A stretch of DNA of 64,000 nucleotides. It comes from an uncultured Verrucomicrobiae bacterium (lineage in GTDB: Bacteria > Verrucomicrobiota > Verrucomicrobiia > Limisphaerales > Palsa-1400). Under the pieces are notes generated by a model. That model did no database searches and was not told the origin of the DNA. It saw only the letters and a list, made by a program, of their open reading frames with translations. Below, one piece after another: positions 46,494-57,463 of this stretch; position 1 is the first letter of the stretch; each line of letters starts with the position of its first letter. The position numbers and the translations under genes were made by a program. The stretch spans positions 32,001 to 96,000 of the forward strand of contig CAVXRD010000002.1 of the NCBI GenBank assembly GCA_963764165.1, written 5' to 3'.

Positions 46494-49400
46494 TAAAATC
46501 CTTTGGGGAAAATGACTTCTTGAGCGCCCCCAACCCCTCCGAACTCTCCTCCTGGGACGATGCCTCTTTGTATGGGCGTTCCAGGTGGTGGCCTAAGGAT
46601 TCGGAAATATTGAGGTGGCTTTCCGGGAAGATCCCCGAAATTCTTGAGTGCGGCGGGGTCTTGTCCGATGGCGTTGAATGCAGCTTCTGGAAACGCATAA
46701 GTTCCCGGTTGAGCCCCACTCAAAGAACCGGAGCCAAATTTTAGATTAACGGGGCCTGCACCAACGCGCACGAAGGTCTCACCCGCTTGGGTTACATCGG
46801 GTGTTTGAACGCTCGCGCCATTTGCGAACGGAAACTCCATCTGGGTGGCGTTAGCTCCTCCGGTGCCTGTGGTGGCTGTGGCCGTTGGTGTAGGAGCAAC
46901 TCCTGAAGGCTTGGAACTCGTGTTTAGGGAATTGCCAAAATCGAATTCTAACTGCGTTGCAGCAGACGCGTCGCCATCCCTAAGGGCCCCGAGGGCAGAC
47001 AAAAGCGCGTTTCCGGCAGGCGTAGGAACATATTTGAAACTTAACGGGTCCATTCCTGCTTCCTGCATTCCTTGCACACCAGCAGAAAGAAAGAGTGAGC
47101 CGAGAGAGGCATCTTGGGCGGCGGTAAAATCGCCTGTTGCAGCGGCTTCACCAAAGCCTTTTCCCATGCCGTAAAGGCCAAGACTCCCAATATTTGCCTC
47201 CGCTTCTAAAGTTCCCATGAGAATATCACTAGATGTCGGCCCGGCACTTGGGTTGTTATAGATATTCTGATATAACTGGCTGAACCCCTGATAGTCACCC
47301 CCTGCGCCACCTAACGCCCAAGCAGTCTGCGCCGTCATGTCGTAACCTATCTCCCCTGCTTGAGCTAAGCCATTGACAGTTCGGGCACCTAAATTGTAGC
47401 TGGTATTCGCGACTCCACCCCAAAATACCCCACTGGAAAGGGCGTCCGCATCCAGTGCCCCCTCCTTATAAATATTCCTGGAGACGCGTCCATCTGCGTC
47501 GAAATAAATCGCAGGATTTCCACCGAACGCCGTGTTCAAGGCCTCGTCAGAACCGTGCCCGAGGGGGTCAGCGCATAGGAATGCCCGGCGTGTGAAATCA
47601 TAGGGACGAAAACCCAATTGAGCGAAGCCTGCGGTATTGATCGCGCGACTACGCCAAGCCAAACTGGCAAAGGCTGGAGATGCTAATGAAAGGCGCGGGG
47701 GACTGTAACCGTCTGCGGGCCCGTAAAGGCTCAGTCTCGCCGAGTTCCACGACAAAACGCCATTGGTTATACCGGCTAATACATTTCCAAATCCATCCGA
47801 AATGATGCCCGACGTCAAGTTTACCGACGCGGTTCCGCTAGTGATTTCCTCGATCCCACCCACTCCTTGCATCCCGCCGTAGTGGCCACTTGTATCGGGC
47901 CCATACGTAAGGATATCCTGTCGGAAGTCACTGCCCTGACTAAGACTAAGAATAACTGGCTGGAATTGAATTTGAGGATCATATTGGTACCCAATCGTCA
48001 ACGGCTCTGGTCCACTCGTCAGAGCAATGTTATTGCTTACAGTTGTTTCAACCGTTTGGACCTGTCGCCCGAGAGCATCAAAAACTACTGCCAAATTAAA
48101 ACCATTATTATTTGTGTCACGCTCGTTAACCTTTACCAGTCTATTGAAAGCATCCCAAGTTAAGGTTTGTACTTTAATAAGCTGGCCACTTCCATTCTTC
48201 CATACAAGATTGGTCACATTACCTGAGCCATCGTACTGGCTACTTACTTGGTCTGCCGCGTTAGAACCGACGGTAAACGCACTAACCCGATTTGTAGTAA
48301 ATAGACCGCCCGGATGATCGGCATACACTGCAAGCGTATTCGTCCCTCTTTGCAGACCGAGTGCGGCACTCCACTGGCTAGCGCCTCGTCCATCGTAACG
48401 CAGATCTAGGGGCTGTCCGTTGAGATACCCACGCAGCGTCGCTGCACCGTTAACATGCCCAGTCGCCACCCGTTCAATAATGGTATTTGTCCCAGTTATA
48501 ATGCGTGAGAAGGCATCAACTCCGCCCATCCAGGAATTTGAGCTCGCAGACAACTCCGAGGCTGATGTCAAGACGCCTAAACCAGCGGCGACACCATTAT
48601 CAAATGTATATTTGTTCGTAAGAGAACTGGCACCAGCGAGATTAAAGCTCTCTTGCGTCAGCTTCCTCGTCAATGGAGCGTAGGAAAAGTTGCGTGTGTC
48701 AGTGAAATCACCCCGCGTTGCCACATAATTTGATGGAGAGCCATCATCCAACCACTTCCATGTTTCCGTCATTTCCGTCGTACCGAAGACCTTTGTGGTC
48801 ATCTGGAGTGGGCGGCCTATTGAATCTCTCGAATCAACGCTTACTGATCGGAAAGCGTTAGTCCGACCCGTAAGCAATCCGTTGTCCGCATATGCGTAGG
48901 TGGCATCGTTCATCGCGGTCATTAAGTTGTCTGCGCGGTATTGAAAACTCATGCCGGATGAAACTTGAGTCCTTCTTCCTGCACTGTCCCATTGCTGACT
49001 AATCGTGGCTGGCACGCCGCCCACCGTCAGGGTATCACTGCTCAGTTGGGAATAGGCATCGTACGATCGTTGAATGGACGTGGCTACACCCGCATTTGTG
49101 TTTACGTAAGCTTGAGTGATCGACGACACCAAACCGCGTGGTTCGTATTGCCAAACAATGGACAACTGCTGCTCAGGAAGCGAGCCGGCGGTAGTCGTAT
49201 TTGTAATACGCAGGAAATCATCATACAAATTCGTTCTAGTCACCCCTCTTTGATCAGTGACTGACTGAACCAAACCCGGCCACGCACTGCTATAGTACGT
49301 GTAAACATTTGTTCTCGTACCCTGCGCCCCTGTCTGGTCCCACTCGTTCAACATCTGACCAGCCGAGGAATAGGTGGCGGACCAAGTAAGATTTCCGGGC

Positions 49401-52400
49401 ATCGCGCGGTTGGTAAGATCGTTTAATTGATCGTAACGATAAGTCGTAGTAGCATAATCGCGTGTCGTTTCCGTTTCGATCCGGTTTAACCCATCAAAAG
49501 TCCACGATGAGAATGACCATAAGATTAAACCGCTTGATGCTTTGTCATGTTCGATTTCATTACCAGAGAGATCATATCTATGGAGATCGTAATCCAGTTT
49601 CCCGCCACCAGGAGAAGATGCTGTGAGAAGCTTACGCCCATCATTGTCAAGGTAGGTGGTTGTGCTAATAGCACCACCGCCAGTTCCTTCCGTGACAGTG
49701 ACACTGTGATGATCAGCAGAATAGACGTTTGTGGTAACATGTAATGGTGTTAAGCTGCCGGGAGCAAACACCTGCACCGAGACTTGACGGCCCAGAGCAT
49801 CCTTGGTCGTGATCGTTTTCTCGCCCAAGGTGTTGGTAAAGGTCAAGACACGCCCGCTCCCGTCATAAAAGAAGGTAACCGATTGCTGCGATATATTAGT
49901 CGTATAGGTAGGGGGGCCAGCCGGGTTTAGCCCGGAAACAATACTATCAACAGTAACTATGGCCGGACCGGACTCGATTTTCACCCGATCCAAACCGTCA
50001 AACGAGCTCACAAATATGTTTCCAAGCGCGTCTGTTTCTTGAATTGAGTTGCCTCGCCTGTCCAATTGAACTGAATTCGTTCGCAATGGGACTCCCAAGG
50101 CGGAATAAATTACTTTGGTCGTAAGCCGATTAAAATCATCGTAGGTCGTCTGGACGTACGCGCCGTTGCATTGAAATTCGCGGTAAATCCGACCGTCTAG
50201 GTAATAGCGCCAAGCATTCGTTGAGCCATCGGCGTTGTGTCTGTATTCAGGTTGTCCCGCAGCAGTGTACTCAGTTTCAGTAATGCCTCCCAAAGCATTC
50301 GTATGGTAGCGAAGAAGTCCGCCTGGCTCATACCCAAAAGTTTCGGATGACAGTAACGTGATTCCATCCACGTCGAAAAATTGCCGTCTCGTTAAGCGAC
50401 ATAGCGAATCCCAAGTGTTGCTGGTGATTGCACCACGAGGATCAACAGTCCGGGTAAGATTGCCAAGCGTATCGTATGAATTGAACGTCTGAGCATAAAG
50501 ATTGTATCCGGCAGGCGCCTGAACCCCCGATCCGTCCTGCTTCGCCTCGCAACGCCAGTGGATTTCTGTTGTTGGTCGACCGGCCCCATCATAATCATGC
50601 CAGATATAATCTTCCGGGTTGTAGCGCGGACCATCCACCCAAGTAAGTTCCCCATTTTCATTGTAATAATTGAAATTCCATGAGAGCAGATTGCCGCCTT
50701 CGTCGAAGTTTTCCTGTTCAGTCCGACGGCCCAGATCGTCGTAAGCAAATTCCGTCGTGGCACCCAAAGCGTCGCTTTCATCTACAAGTTGGCCACGCTC
50801 GTTGTAAAGGAACGTGTTGGTAATGGAAGGATCGCTAGTGCCCGAGTAAGCGACGCTTTGTGTTAGGAATCCCTGGCCATTGTAGGTGAAATCATTGGTT
50901 GCGGCATCTGGCGAACTGTAAGCACGAACAGTTCGCACCAATAGGCCACATGAAAAATTCGTCTGGGTTATTGAGCCGAGGATGACGACGTTTGTCGCGT
51001 TTGCGTATAGCTGCAAATTTGTAACGATAGGGTTAAGACTGGCGTAACGTATCGTTTGCGCGGGCAGAAAGGGAAATTGAGTGTCGTAAACATAAAAAGT
51101 GCTATTTCCCACCGGATCCGTGCGCTGCAACGGTAAACTGTTTGTGTTGTACACTGCCGTATTCGTTGCAGCTTGCGTAAGAATTCCATCTCCCGATATG
51201 TCACCCGTTATAACCGTATTTGTAATATTTCCATTCAAATCGTATTTGAATTGTGTCCAAATTCCACGCTTGTCCTTGCGTTGAGAAACGCTCCGTGGGT
51301 ACCCAGGCGCGGTCGCGTTGTCTGCATACCAAGATTGTTGGATAGTCTGCCCGAACGGGTCGGTCACCTGCGTAATAAGGCTGTTGGTGTAATCGTAACG
51401 GTTGGTTCCATTATTTCCGTCAACGACCGTCGTGTATCCACTTATGGCGTTGGTGGCTGAATTGGTGAGATTGAAGTTGTTAGAATAGTAGAATGTGGCT
51501 GTTCGTATCGGATTCAGATCTATGCCTGCCGTAGACCATTGGTTGGTGACGCGCCGCTGACTATCATAGGTGTTTTGCAACACTCTCCCATTGGGGTTGT
51601 CCTCTTCTGCGATGAGATGCGTCGAGAATAGTTGTTGCGTCACTGCGGAGCCATTTGTCACAGATTGGGTCCCGTGGAGATACTGGTAAGAACGGGTCGT
51701 GCCATCAGGCAATGTGACGCCTATCAGATCGCCAAATTTGTCATATGCGTAAACCAATCGCCTTCCGTCGCCGCAATAGGCTTCGATGATGTGTCCGTAC
51801 ACGTCATAATAAAAGCCCAGAAAGTTTCCGTTACTACACTGGATTCTTCGCACCTGGCCAAAATCCGGTTGGGAAGGATCGGAACCGTAAGTGAATGTGT
51901 AGAAATTCCCGCAATTATTTGTCCAAGCCAGCATGTATGGACGGGTCTGATTGAGAACCCCGTTGTTGAATGTAATGTACTGAAACACTCGGATGCTGCC
52001 GTCCGCCCCATATAAGGCGAAATTCGTTGTTCCGCTGGTGACCGTTTGGACAAGGCGGTCGCGTAACCGATTCACAAGCCCACCAACACCGGAGGAAGTA
52101 TTGTTTACAAGCTGGGGATTAGCAGCGGTGGTCGGCATCCAAAGATTACTGTTTGTAGGTGACTGAACATAACTCAGAACAGCTCCATCCATATCTGCCG
52201 CGTAAATATTTAGATTGCTCTGCGCGACACTCAAATATGGTGCGATGCTAAACTTCCAGCCTGATCCGAATTGGTTATCTGCGAGATTGAGACTTGAATA
52301 GTTTCTTCCCAATGAAAGCGGAATCGGGCCAGCCAGTTTCAAATCAACCTCGCTGACATAAAACTCGCCAGTGATATTGTTGACGGGATCGGCAACCTGG

Positions 52401-55400
52401 CTCATTAACTGCGAACCCATGTCGCTCAAAGTTCCCCAAAAGCCTTTTTGCTGAGTTTGCTGGACGTCTTGAGCAAGATTTTGGTTTTGAGTGCTCTGCG
52501 CCGTGAGGTCCAAGGACGACTGAACATTGGCAGACCACGCTGAGTCATAGGGTGTTGCTGCATAATCCCCGCTGAGAATTTGATTATACACCTGGGCCGA
52601 ATTGAAATTGGCGATCTGGTCTGGCAGCAAGGTGGTGCCGGAAGTTGGTGCTTGGAAGGTGAGTGTGGCAGTATCACCCATTGTTAAATTGTAATTAACC
52701 GCATTGCCTGGGGTTACGGAGTTGTTCGGCAGATTTTCTCCGAACGCGCCATTCAGGCTGTTTGGCGAAATTACAGCAGCCTGTTGATTAAACCCAAAAA
52801 CGAAAGCGCCCATGCCTGAGAACGCAGAGTTCGAAACAGGCCCTGGAGTTATGTAGGCTGTTACAAAACCGTAGTCATTGTTGTTGTTTTGAAAGGCAGA
52901 AACCACTTGATTCCAGACGTAAGGGTCAAAAGTTTGGAGTTGGCTGCCCTGGTAAACTGTTGATCCCTGCGAGGCGTAGGTATTAACACTGAGTGGCACA
53001 ATCCCTAGCCCCCGGCTTTGGGCCAATTGCAAAAGACGAACAGTGGAGACAGCATTGGATTGCTGGTAATAGTCGTTCAGGACCTGGTGTTCCTCGGCGG
53101 AACCGTCCACGACTCGAATCAAGTTGTAATTTTGCGTTGCTGTTTCAATGGACTGGCCCGAATCAGGCCGAGACGAGGCGTTGCCGACAGTCGCAACATC
53201 GTAGTAAAACATATCCACCGATGGAAGCACAGAGTCAACGGTGCCGTTGGTTAAATTGCCCGAACTGTCGCGAAGCGGCCCCAAAATCGACAGACCCGCC
53301 GCCCAAGTCGAGAGTGTATCAATCTTATGAAAGTTGCGATTGACTTGGTCAAAGTCACTAACATTTTTGTAATATGACATCCCCGCGAGATAGAGGGTGG
53401 CCCCCTGATAAACGTCTGGGGAAATGCTTGCCGTTGGATTTGTTCGCAGCGTGTTTTCCATCTGCCACAAATCTTCCGCATGAACATTCAGCATGTCTTG
53501 GGTAACTCGCCCATAATCCAGGCAAATAGCGGCCAATTCACCTTTGCGCAAGGGCCGTTCCATCACGATATTCCGGTCGGCAGCATAACCCAAGTAAGTC
53601 GAATATGGGTTTATTGCATACGATGGACTTAGGGCCCGATGCCGATTATATACGAACCTTACCCATAGCTGGTCGTCAAATTGGTCTAAGTTTATCGAAA
53701 GAACCTCTTTGGAGAGCAATGTCGAATCGTTTGTGAACGAATACTGTGTCGCAATATTGGTGCGAAATGGGGACAGAACTAAACTCAACAAGATTTGATT
53801 CGTAATATTGTTTGTAGCTGTAATATAAAATTGCCGATTGTGCAAATCGGTCAGACGCATTGGACCAGTTTGAATATCTTTGTGTGGGTCGGTTTGGCTG
53901 TAGATTTCCAGGCTGAACGTATCAAATACGTTAGTCATGAGCGGATCAACATTCGTAATGGAATTCGCGGATAGACTCTCCACTGTGTAGCTCGTGTTCG
54001 TCAAAAATGTTGGGGTTGGAAAATCCTGCCAACGAGAATAATTATGCCGACGCGGTAGAATCTGCATTCCAATATCATCCACGGAAACACCCGGATAATT
54101 TTGCAGGAGCGTCTGCGCTAAATACTTGGGAAAAATCACCCGCGGCGTGTTGTCCCCGTTCGTCGCAAGAGACAATATGTTTGAAGCTCCATAAATATAG
54201 TCCTTCGCCCAGCCGTACGCACTGCTGTAATTTGTTGGCATGTACTCATAAAGGTTGAGTCCTTCGACCATCTGATAGTCCTTGAGCCAAGGGAAAATAT
54301 GAACCCAATTGGTGCCGATGTAGGCAGCAACCCACGGATAATTGACGGCGATCATCGTGTTGCTCGAATAAAGCTGCCCGGCGTCGTTGAAGCTTCCGTG
54401 AACTTGGAATCTCAACATTTGACTGAGACGCGCATCGAGAATTTGAAGCCCGTTGTGAGCCGGAAACATATAGGTGGCGGGGACGCCAGCCTGACGAAGC
54501 AAGTAAACAAGAAGCGCGCACTGCTCGACCGGCGATCCCTGCTTCTCCAAAAACACGCCAAGTGCGCCGCGCGAGACTCCGCTGGGATTGACGGATTGCT
54601 CGGAAACAGTTCCATCATCATTGTAGTCCATCGGATCAGTGAGGTCTATATCGTTCAGCACGTAATTCGCCAAGGCCATCGGATCGTTTCCCATGTCAGC
54701 CACGAATTGATCGATGACTAGGCTGCGACGTAGTTCTGGGCTCTGGTCGATGTTGGTGCAAGCCGATGGCGACAGGCCGACGGAATTGTTGACGGGCGGC
54801 GTATTGGTTAATATTTCGTCGAGAGTCATGCCTGCATAAAAGGGCGGCAATGGATTGCCATTAAATTGAGGTTGGTCAATCATGGTTGCACGCCACGGCG
54901 GTCGCTGCTCAAATTCGAGCGAATAGAGGTACGAAGGGGCTACGTAGCCATTGGTGTCCTGAGCCATTCCAATTTGGTACGAATCGTTCGGTAATCCATA
55001 TTGAAGAATCAGATAATAGTAATTGGTCGCGGAGCTGCTGGCCGTATGAGTAAGCGTATATGCACCAAGTGTGGTGGCACCGAACGACAATTTCGGAGTC
55101 GTCGAAAGAACGGTTGTCAATCCGTATCCAGAAGCCGTTACCTGAAGTCCGTTGCTGGTGAAATTATTCCAAGAGTTCGTGTTGGAGAAATTGGGTGGAT
55201 ATAAATCCGTCTCTCCCGCAAAGGAGAAGTTTGTTCGGAAAAAGGCCAAAATCTTGAGAGGGGTTCCAACTCCAACCGGATCGCCAGCATATATCCCAAA
55301 ATTGTATTCCTGACTCAAATAAAGCGGAGTGCCCCCTACGCGTTCACCGAACGAAACAATCGGATTATTGAAGGGAATTCGATTGGTCCAATTTGTTTGG

Positions 55401-57448
55401 GTCAAGGCGTTCGTTTCATTGTAATGGTAATATGTGCTTGCGCTCCATGAGAGAAGACCGGGATAAAGCGTTGAACAGTTACCAAAGGTATTAGAGTAAT
55501 AAACGCCTTTCTCATAATCCAAAGGAACAACCACGGACCAATATGTCGGATCGCTGCCCGTCCCGCGCCAATATCGACCTACAGGAGATTGAACCGCATT
55601 GGTCGAGGAGCCAGGTGGCAAGATCGTCACGACTGCTTGTGTGTTGACGGCAAGATAATAAAGGCTGTTTGTGGAGAGCGTCAAAACTGCGGTTCGGGCA
55701 TTTGTCAGAGTGGGGCTGAGTGTCGGACCAACGATCAAATTTGTTGCGACTTGATAAGGAGCAAACGTAACCGATAAGGGGAGATTGGTATAGGTGGTGC
55801 CAGCGATGGCAGTCCCGCTGAGAGTAAAATTGGCCGTGACAGCTTTTGGATAGCCATAGGTACGGGTGATCGTAAAACTCCCTGAGGTTCCGCCCTGAAT
55901 GGCGTCGGATGCAGTGGCAGTTACACCAATCATTGGCGCGTCTTCGATTATCCCAATACTGGTGTTACTCAAGACGCCGTAATAGTACATGGTGCCCGGC
56001 TGGAGAGCCATGTTCAGAATCTTCGTGCCGTTCAAACTGGCTTCTGTTCCAGGGGTCAATGTGTTGGTCAATGCTGGTGCCCCAGCCGGTATGACAGCAG
56101 AACCGCTCAGAGATGGGGTATAATCAACGCCATTCACTGCTGTGCTTCCGGACAGGCTGTAATTTACCGTTTTTGCCGCACTAACCCCGGGATAATAGCT
56201 TTCGCGTTCAAAAATGAGGGTGGCTGTGTTTTCGCCTCGGGTCATTGTCGAGCTAGCGAGGATGTCCACATTGGGAAAATCTTCGTCAATTTCAATGGAT
56301 GTACTGTTATACGTGCCGACGCTGTACCCACTACTAGACGCAAGCGCCACGTCCAAATACTTAATTCCGTTCGTGGATGTTTCGATCGCAGGAGTGAGAG
56401 TATTGGTTACTGACCAACTTCTTGCTGGAATGACGAGGGTGCCTGAAAGCGATGGGGTATAATCAACGCCGTTAATTGCAGTGCTTCCCGAGAGACTATA
56501 ATGAATTGTGCGAGCCGTCCCTGAGTTCGGCCAGTATGACTCCCGCTCGATGACGAGAGACGAGGTTGTATCACCACGAATCATCTGTGGCGACGTAGCA
56601 AACACATCTACAATGGGAAAATCATTATAGATATATACCTCCATATTTGTGTAGGGGGCATAGAGAGCGTATGTGCCGCCTGTAACGGAAACCCTGATTG
56701 TCTTGTCCGTAGCCTGATTTGTATTGTTGGCCGTTATCGTCACGTCAGCGTGATCGCTTTCGTTTGGAATGGTAACCGTTCCAATGGTCGGAGTATAATC
56801 AGTTCCCGCGACGGCTGTACTGCCAGTGAGGCTATAGTTTATTGTTCTGCCGTCAGTCAAATAATTTCGGAAGAAACGAATCGTGGTTTGATCGCTGTTC
56901 GTAATCCCCCCCTGCAAGATATAGTTTGTCCCTACATATAACGTTCCCCCAATAACAAACCCAACCCCAACAGGGTTGTTGTTGTCCTGAATCGTTAGGG
57001 ACGCTGTTTGGATGTGATTGCTGTCAGTGTAACCACTTGCGATTTTCAGGATGCCCGTACGATCGTAGTCAACACTTGAATTCTGTGGGACGGGAACCGA
57101 GAAGGAGGCAATTGTTTGATTGGCAGCAATAGTAATGTAGTACAGACCATTGCTGCTCACGTCATAAGATTCAATTGGATTCGTTCCTGTTCCGGGATAT
57201 GGAATTTGTAGCGTTACGGTCACAGGCGAGGCCGGAAACCAGTCGCATGAGGACGTGCAACCAGTGTTTATCGCCTCACGAGTAACGGTTCCTGTGATTG
57301 TGCCGCCTTTTACGCCAGTATAAGAACTGGTGTTTAGGTAAAACGCAGTGTTGAATCCTGCCTGGGCGGTGAGTGCGGCGGTTACGAAGAAAATAATGAT
57401 TGGCCAAAGGCGCGGAATCGCACGGAAGGAAAGTGTTCGGGCTGTCAT
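46493..57448 (-). CDS. Giant Rhs/YD-repeat polymorphic toxin with signal peptide, Calx-beta-like repeats, transglutaminase-like and DUF6531-like domains
   Basis: Signal AQA; GSTAV.G.DY repeats; ALLVYLLRQAGVPATY; DPVNNITGEF...LGRNYSS...FGSGW; YD repeats; core end RPYD...ADPLG...NPAIYFDADG; variable C-terminus. Confidence 0.92.
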   Translation of the reverse strand: MTARTLSFRAIPRLWPIIIFFVTAALTAQAGFNTAFYLNTSSYTGVKGGTITGTVTREAINTGCTSSCDWFPASPVTVTLQIPYPGTGTNPIESYDVSSNGLYYITIAANQTIASFSVPVPQNSSVDYDRTGILKIASGYTDSNHIQTASLTIQDNNNPVGVGFVIGGTLYVGTNYILQGGITNSDQTTIRFFRNYLTDGRTINYSLTGSTAVAGTDYTPTIGTVTIPNESDHADVTITANNTNQATDKTIRVSVTGGTYALYAPYTNMEVYIYNDFPIVDVFATSPQMIRGDTTSSLVIERESYWPNSGTARTIHYSLSGSTAINGVDYTPSLSGTLVIPARSWSVTNTLTPAIETSTNGIKYLDVALASSSGYSVGTYNSTSIEIDEDFPNVDILASSTMTRGENTATLIFERESYYPGVSAAKTVNYSLSGSTAVNGVDYTPSLSGSAVIPAGAPALTNTLTPGTEASLNGTKILNMALQPGTMYYYGVLSNTSIGIIEDAPMIGVTATASDAIQGGTSGSFTITRTYGYPKAVTANFTLSGTAIAGTTYTNLPLSVTFAPYQVATNLIVGPTLSPTLTNARTAVLTLSTNSLYYLAVNTQAVVTILPPGSSTNAVQSPVGRYWRGTGSDPTYWSVVVPLDYEKGVYYSNTFGNCSTLYPGLLSWSASTYYHYNETNALTQTNWTNRIPFNNPIVSFGERVGGTPLYLSQEYNFGIYAGDPVGVGTPLKILAFFRTNFSFAGETDLYPPNFSNTNSWNNFTSNGLQVTASGYGLTTVLSTTPKLSFGATTLGAYTLTHTASSSATNYYYLILQYGLPNDSYQIGMAQDTNGYVAPSYLYSLEFEQRPPWRATMIDQPQFNGNPLPPFYAGMTLDEILTNTPPVNNSVGLSPSACTNIDQSPELRRSLVIDQFVADMGNDPMALANYVLNDIDLTDPMDYNDDGTVSEQSVNPSGVSRGALGVFLEKQGSPVEQCALLVYLLRQAGVPATYMFPAHNGLQILDARLSQMLRFQVHGSFNDAGQLYSSNTMIAVNYPWVAAYIGTNWVHIFPWLKDYQMVEGLNLYEYMPTNYSSAYGWAKDYIYGASNILSLATNGDNTPRVIFPKYLAQTLLQNYPGVSVDDIGMQILPRRHNYSRWQDFPTPTFLTNTSYTVESLSANSITNVDPLMTNVFDTFSLEIYSQTDPHKDIQTGPMRLTDLHNRQFYITATNNITNQILLSLVLSPFRTNIATQYSFTNDSTLLSKEVLSINLDQFDDQLWVRFVYNRHRALSPSYAINPYSTYLGYAADRNIVMERPLRKGELAAICLDYGRVTQDMLNVHAEDLWQMENTLRTNPTASISPDVYQGATLYLAGMSYYKNVSDFDQVNRNFHKIDTLSTWAAGLSILGPLRDSSGNLTNGTVDSVLPSVDMFYYDVATVGNASSRPDSGQSIETATQNYNLIRVVDGSAEEHQVLNDYYQQSNAVSTVRLLQLAQSRGLGIVPLSVNTYASQGSTVYQGSQLQTFDPYVWNQVVSAFQNNNNDYGFVTAYITPGPVSNSAFSGMGAFVFGFNQQAAVISPNSLNGAFGENLPNNSVTPGNAVNYNLTMGDTATLTFQAPTSGTTLLPDQIANFNSAQVYNQILSGDYAATPYDSAWSANVQSSLDLTAQSTQNQNLAQDVQQTQQKGFWGTLSDMGSQLMSQVADPVNNITGEFYVSEVDLKLAGPIPLSLGRNYSSLNLADNQFGSGWKFSIAPYLSVAQSNLNIYAADMDGAVLSYVQSPTNSNLWMPTTAANPQLVNNTSSGVGGLVNRLRDRLVQTVTSGTTNFALYGADGSIRVFQYITFNNGVLNQTRPYMLAWTNNCGNFYTFTYGSDPSQPDFGQVRRIQCSNGNFLGFYYDVYGHIIEAYCGDGRRLVYAYDKFGDLIGVTLPDGTTRSYQYLHGTQSVTNGSAVTQQLFSTHLIAEEDNPNGRVLQNTYDSQRRVTNQWSTAGIDLNPIRTATFYYSNNFNLTNSATNAISGYTTVVDGNNGTNRYDYTNSLITQVTDPFGQTIQQSWYADNATAPGYPRSVSQRKDKRGIWTQFKYDLNGNITNTVITGDISGDGILTQAATNTAVYNTNSLPLQRTDPVGNSTFYVYDTQFPFLPAQTIRYASLNPIVTNLQLYANATNVVILGSITQTNFSCGLLVRTVRAYSSPDAATNDFTYNGQGFLTQSVAYSGTSDPSITNTFLYNERGQLVDESDALGATTEFAYDDLGRRTEQENFDEGGNLLSWNFNYYNENGELTWVDGPRYNPEDYIWHDYDGAGRPTTEIHWRCEAKQDGSGVQAPAGYNLYAQTFNSYDTLGNLTRTVDPRGAITSNTWDSLCRLTRRQFFDVDGITLLSSETFGYEPGGLLRYHTNALGGITETEYTAAGQPEYRHNADGSTNAWRYYLDGRIYREFQCNGAYVQTTYDDFNRLTTKVIYSALGVPLRTNSVQLDRRGNSIQETDALGNIFVSSFDGLDRVKIESGPAIVTVDSIVSGLNPAGPPTYTTNISQQSVTFFYDGSGRVLTFTNTLGEKTITTKDALGRQVSVQVFAPGSLTPLHVTTNVYSADHHSVTVTEGTGGGAISTTTYLDNDGRKLLTASSPGGGKLDYDLHRYDLSGNEIEHDKASSGLILWSFSSWTFDGLNRIETETTRDYATTTYRYDQLNDLTNRAMPGNLTWSATYSSAGQMLNEWDQTGAQGTRTNVYTYYSSAWPGLVQSVTDQRGVTRTNLYDDFLRITNTTTAGSLPEQQLSIVWQYEPRGLVSSITQAYVNTNAGVATSIQRSYDAYSQLSSDTLTVGGVPATISQQWDSAGRRTQVSSGMSFQYRADNLMTAMNDATYAYADNGLLTGRTNAFRSVSVDSRDSIGRPLQMTTKVFGTTEMTETWKWLDDGSPSNYVATRGDFTDTRNFSYAPLTRKLTQESFNLAGASSLTNKYTFDNGVAAGLGVLTSASELSASSNSWMGGVDAFSRIITGTNTIIERVATGHVNGAATLRGYLNGQPLDLRYDGRGASQWSAALGLQRGTNTLAVYADHPGGLFTTNRVSAFTVGSNAADQVSSQYDGSGNVTNLVWKNGSGQLIKVQTLTWDAFNRLVKVNERDTNNNGFNLAVVFDALGRQVQTVETTVSNNIALTSGPEPLTIGYQYDPQIQFQPVILSLSQGSDFRQDILTYGPDTSGHYGGMQGVGGIEEITSGTASVNLTSGIISDGFGNVLAGITNGVLSWNSARLSLYGPADGYSPPRLSLASPAFASLAWRSRAINTAGFAQLGFRPYDFTRRAFLCADPLGHGSDEALNTAFGGNPAIYFDADGRVSRNIYKEGALDADALSSGVFWGGVANTSYNLGARTVNGLAQAGEIGYDMTAQTAWALGGAGGDYQGFSQLYQNIYNNPSAGPTSSDILMGTLEAEANIGSLGLYGMGKGFGEAAATGDFTAAQDASLGSLFLSAGVQGMQEAGMDPLSFKYVPTPAGNALLSALGALRDGDASAATQLEFDFGNSLNTSSKPSGVAPTPTATATTGTGGANATQMEFPFANGASVQTPDVTQAGETFVRVGAGPVNLKFGSGSLSGAQPGTYAFPEAAFNAIGQDPAALKNFGDLPGKPPQYFRILRPPPGTPIQRGIVPGGEFGGVGGAQEVIFPKGF

Positions 57449-57463
57449 AATTGCAGTTGTTGG

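Noticed and set aside
56090..56600. Duplicated DNA segments in the Rhs 5' region
   Set aside because: Tandem Calx-beta-like domain duplication (YSLSGSTA.NGVDYTPSLSG twice), not a mobile or DGR repeat; no reverse transcriptase is present.
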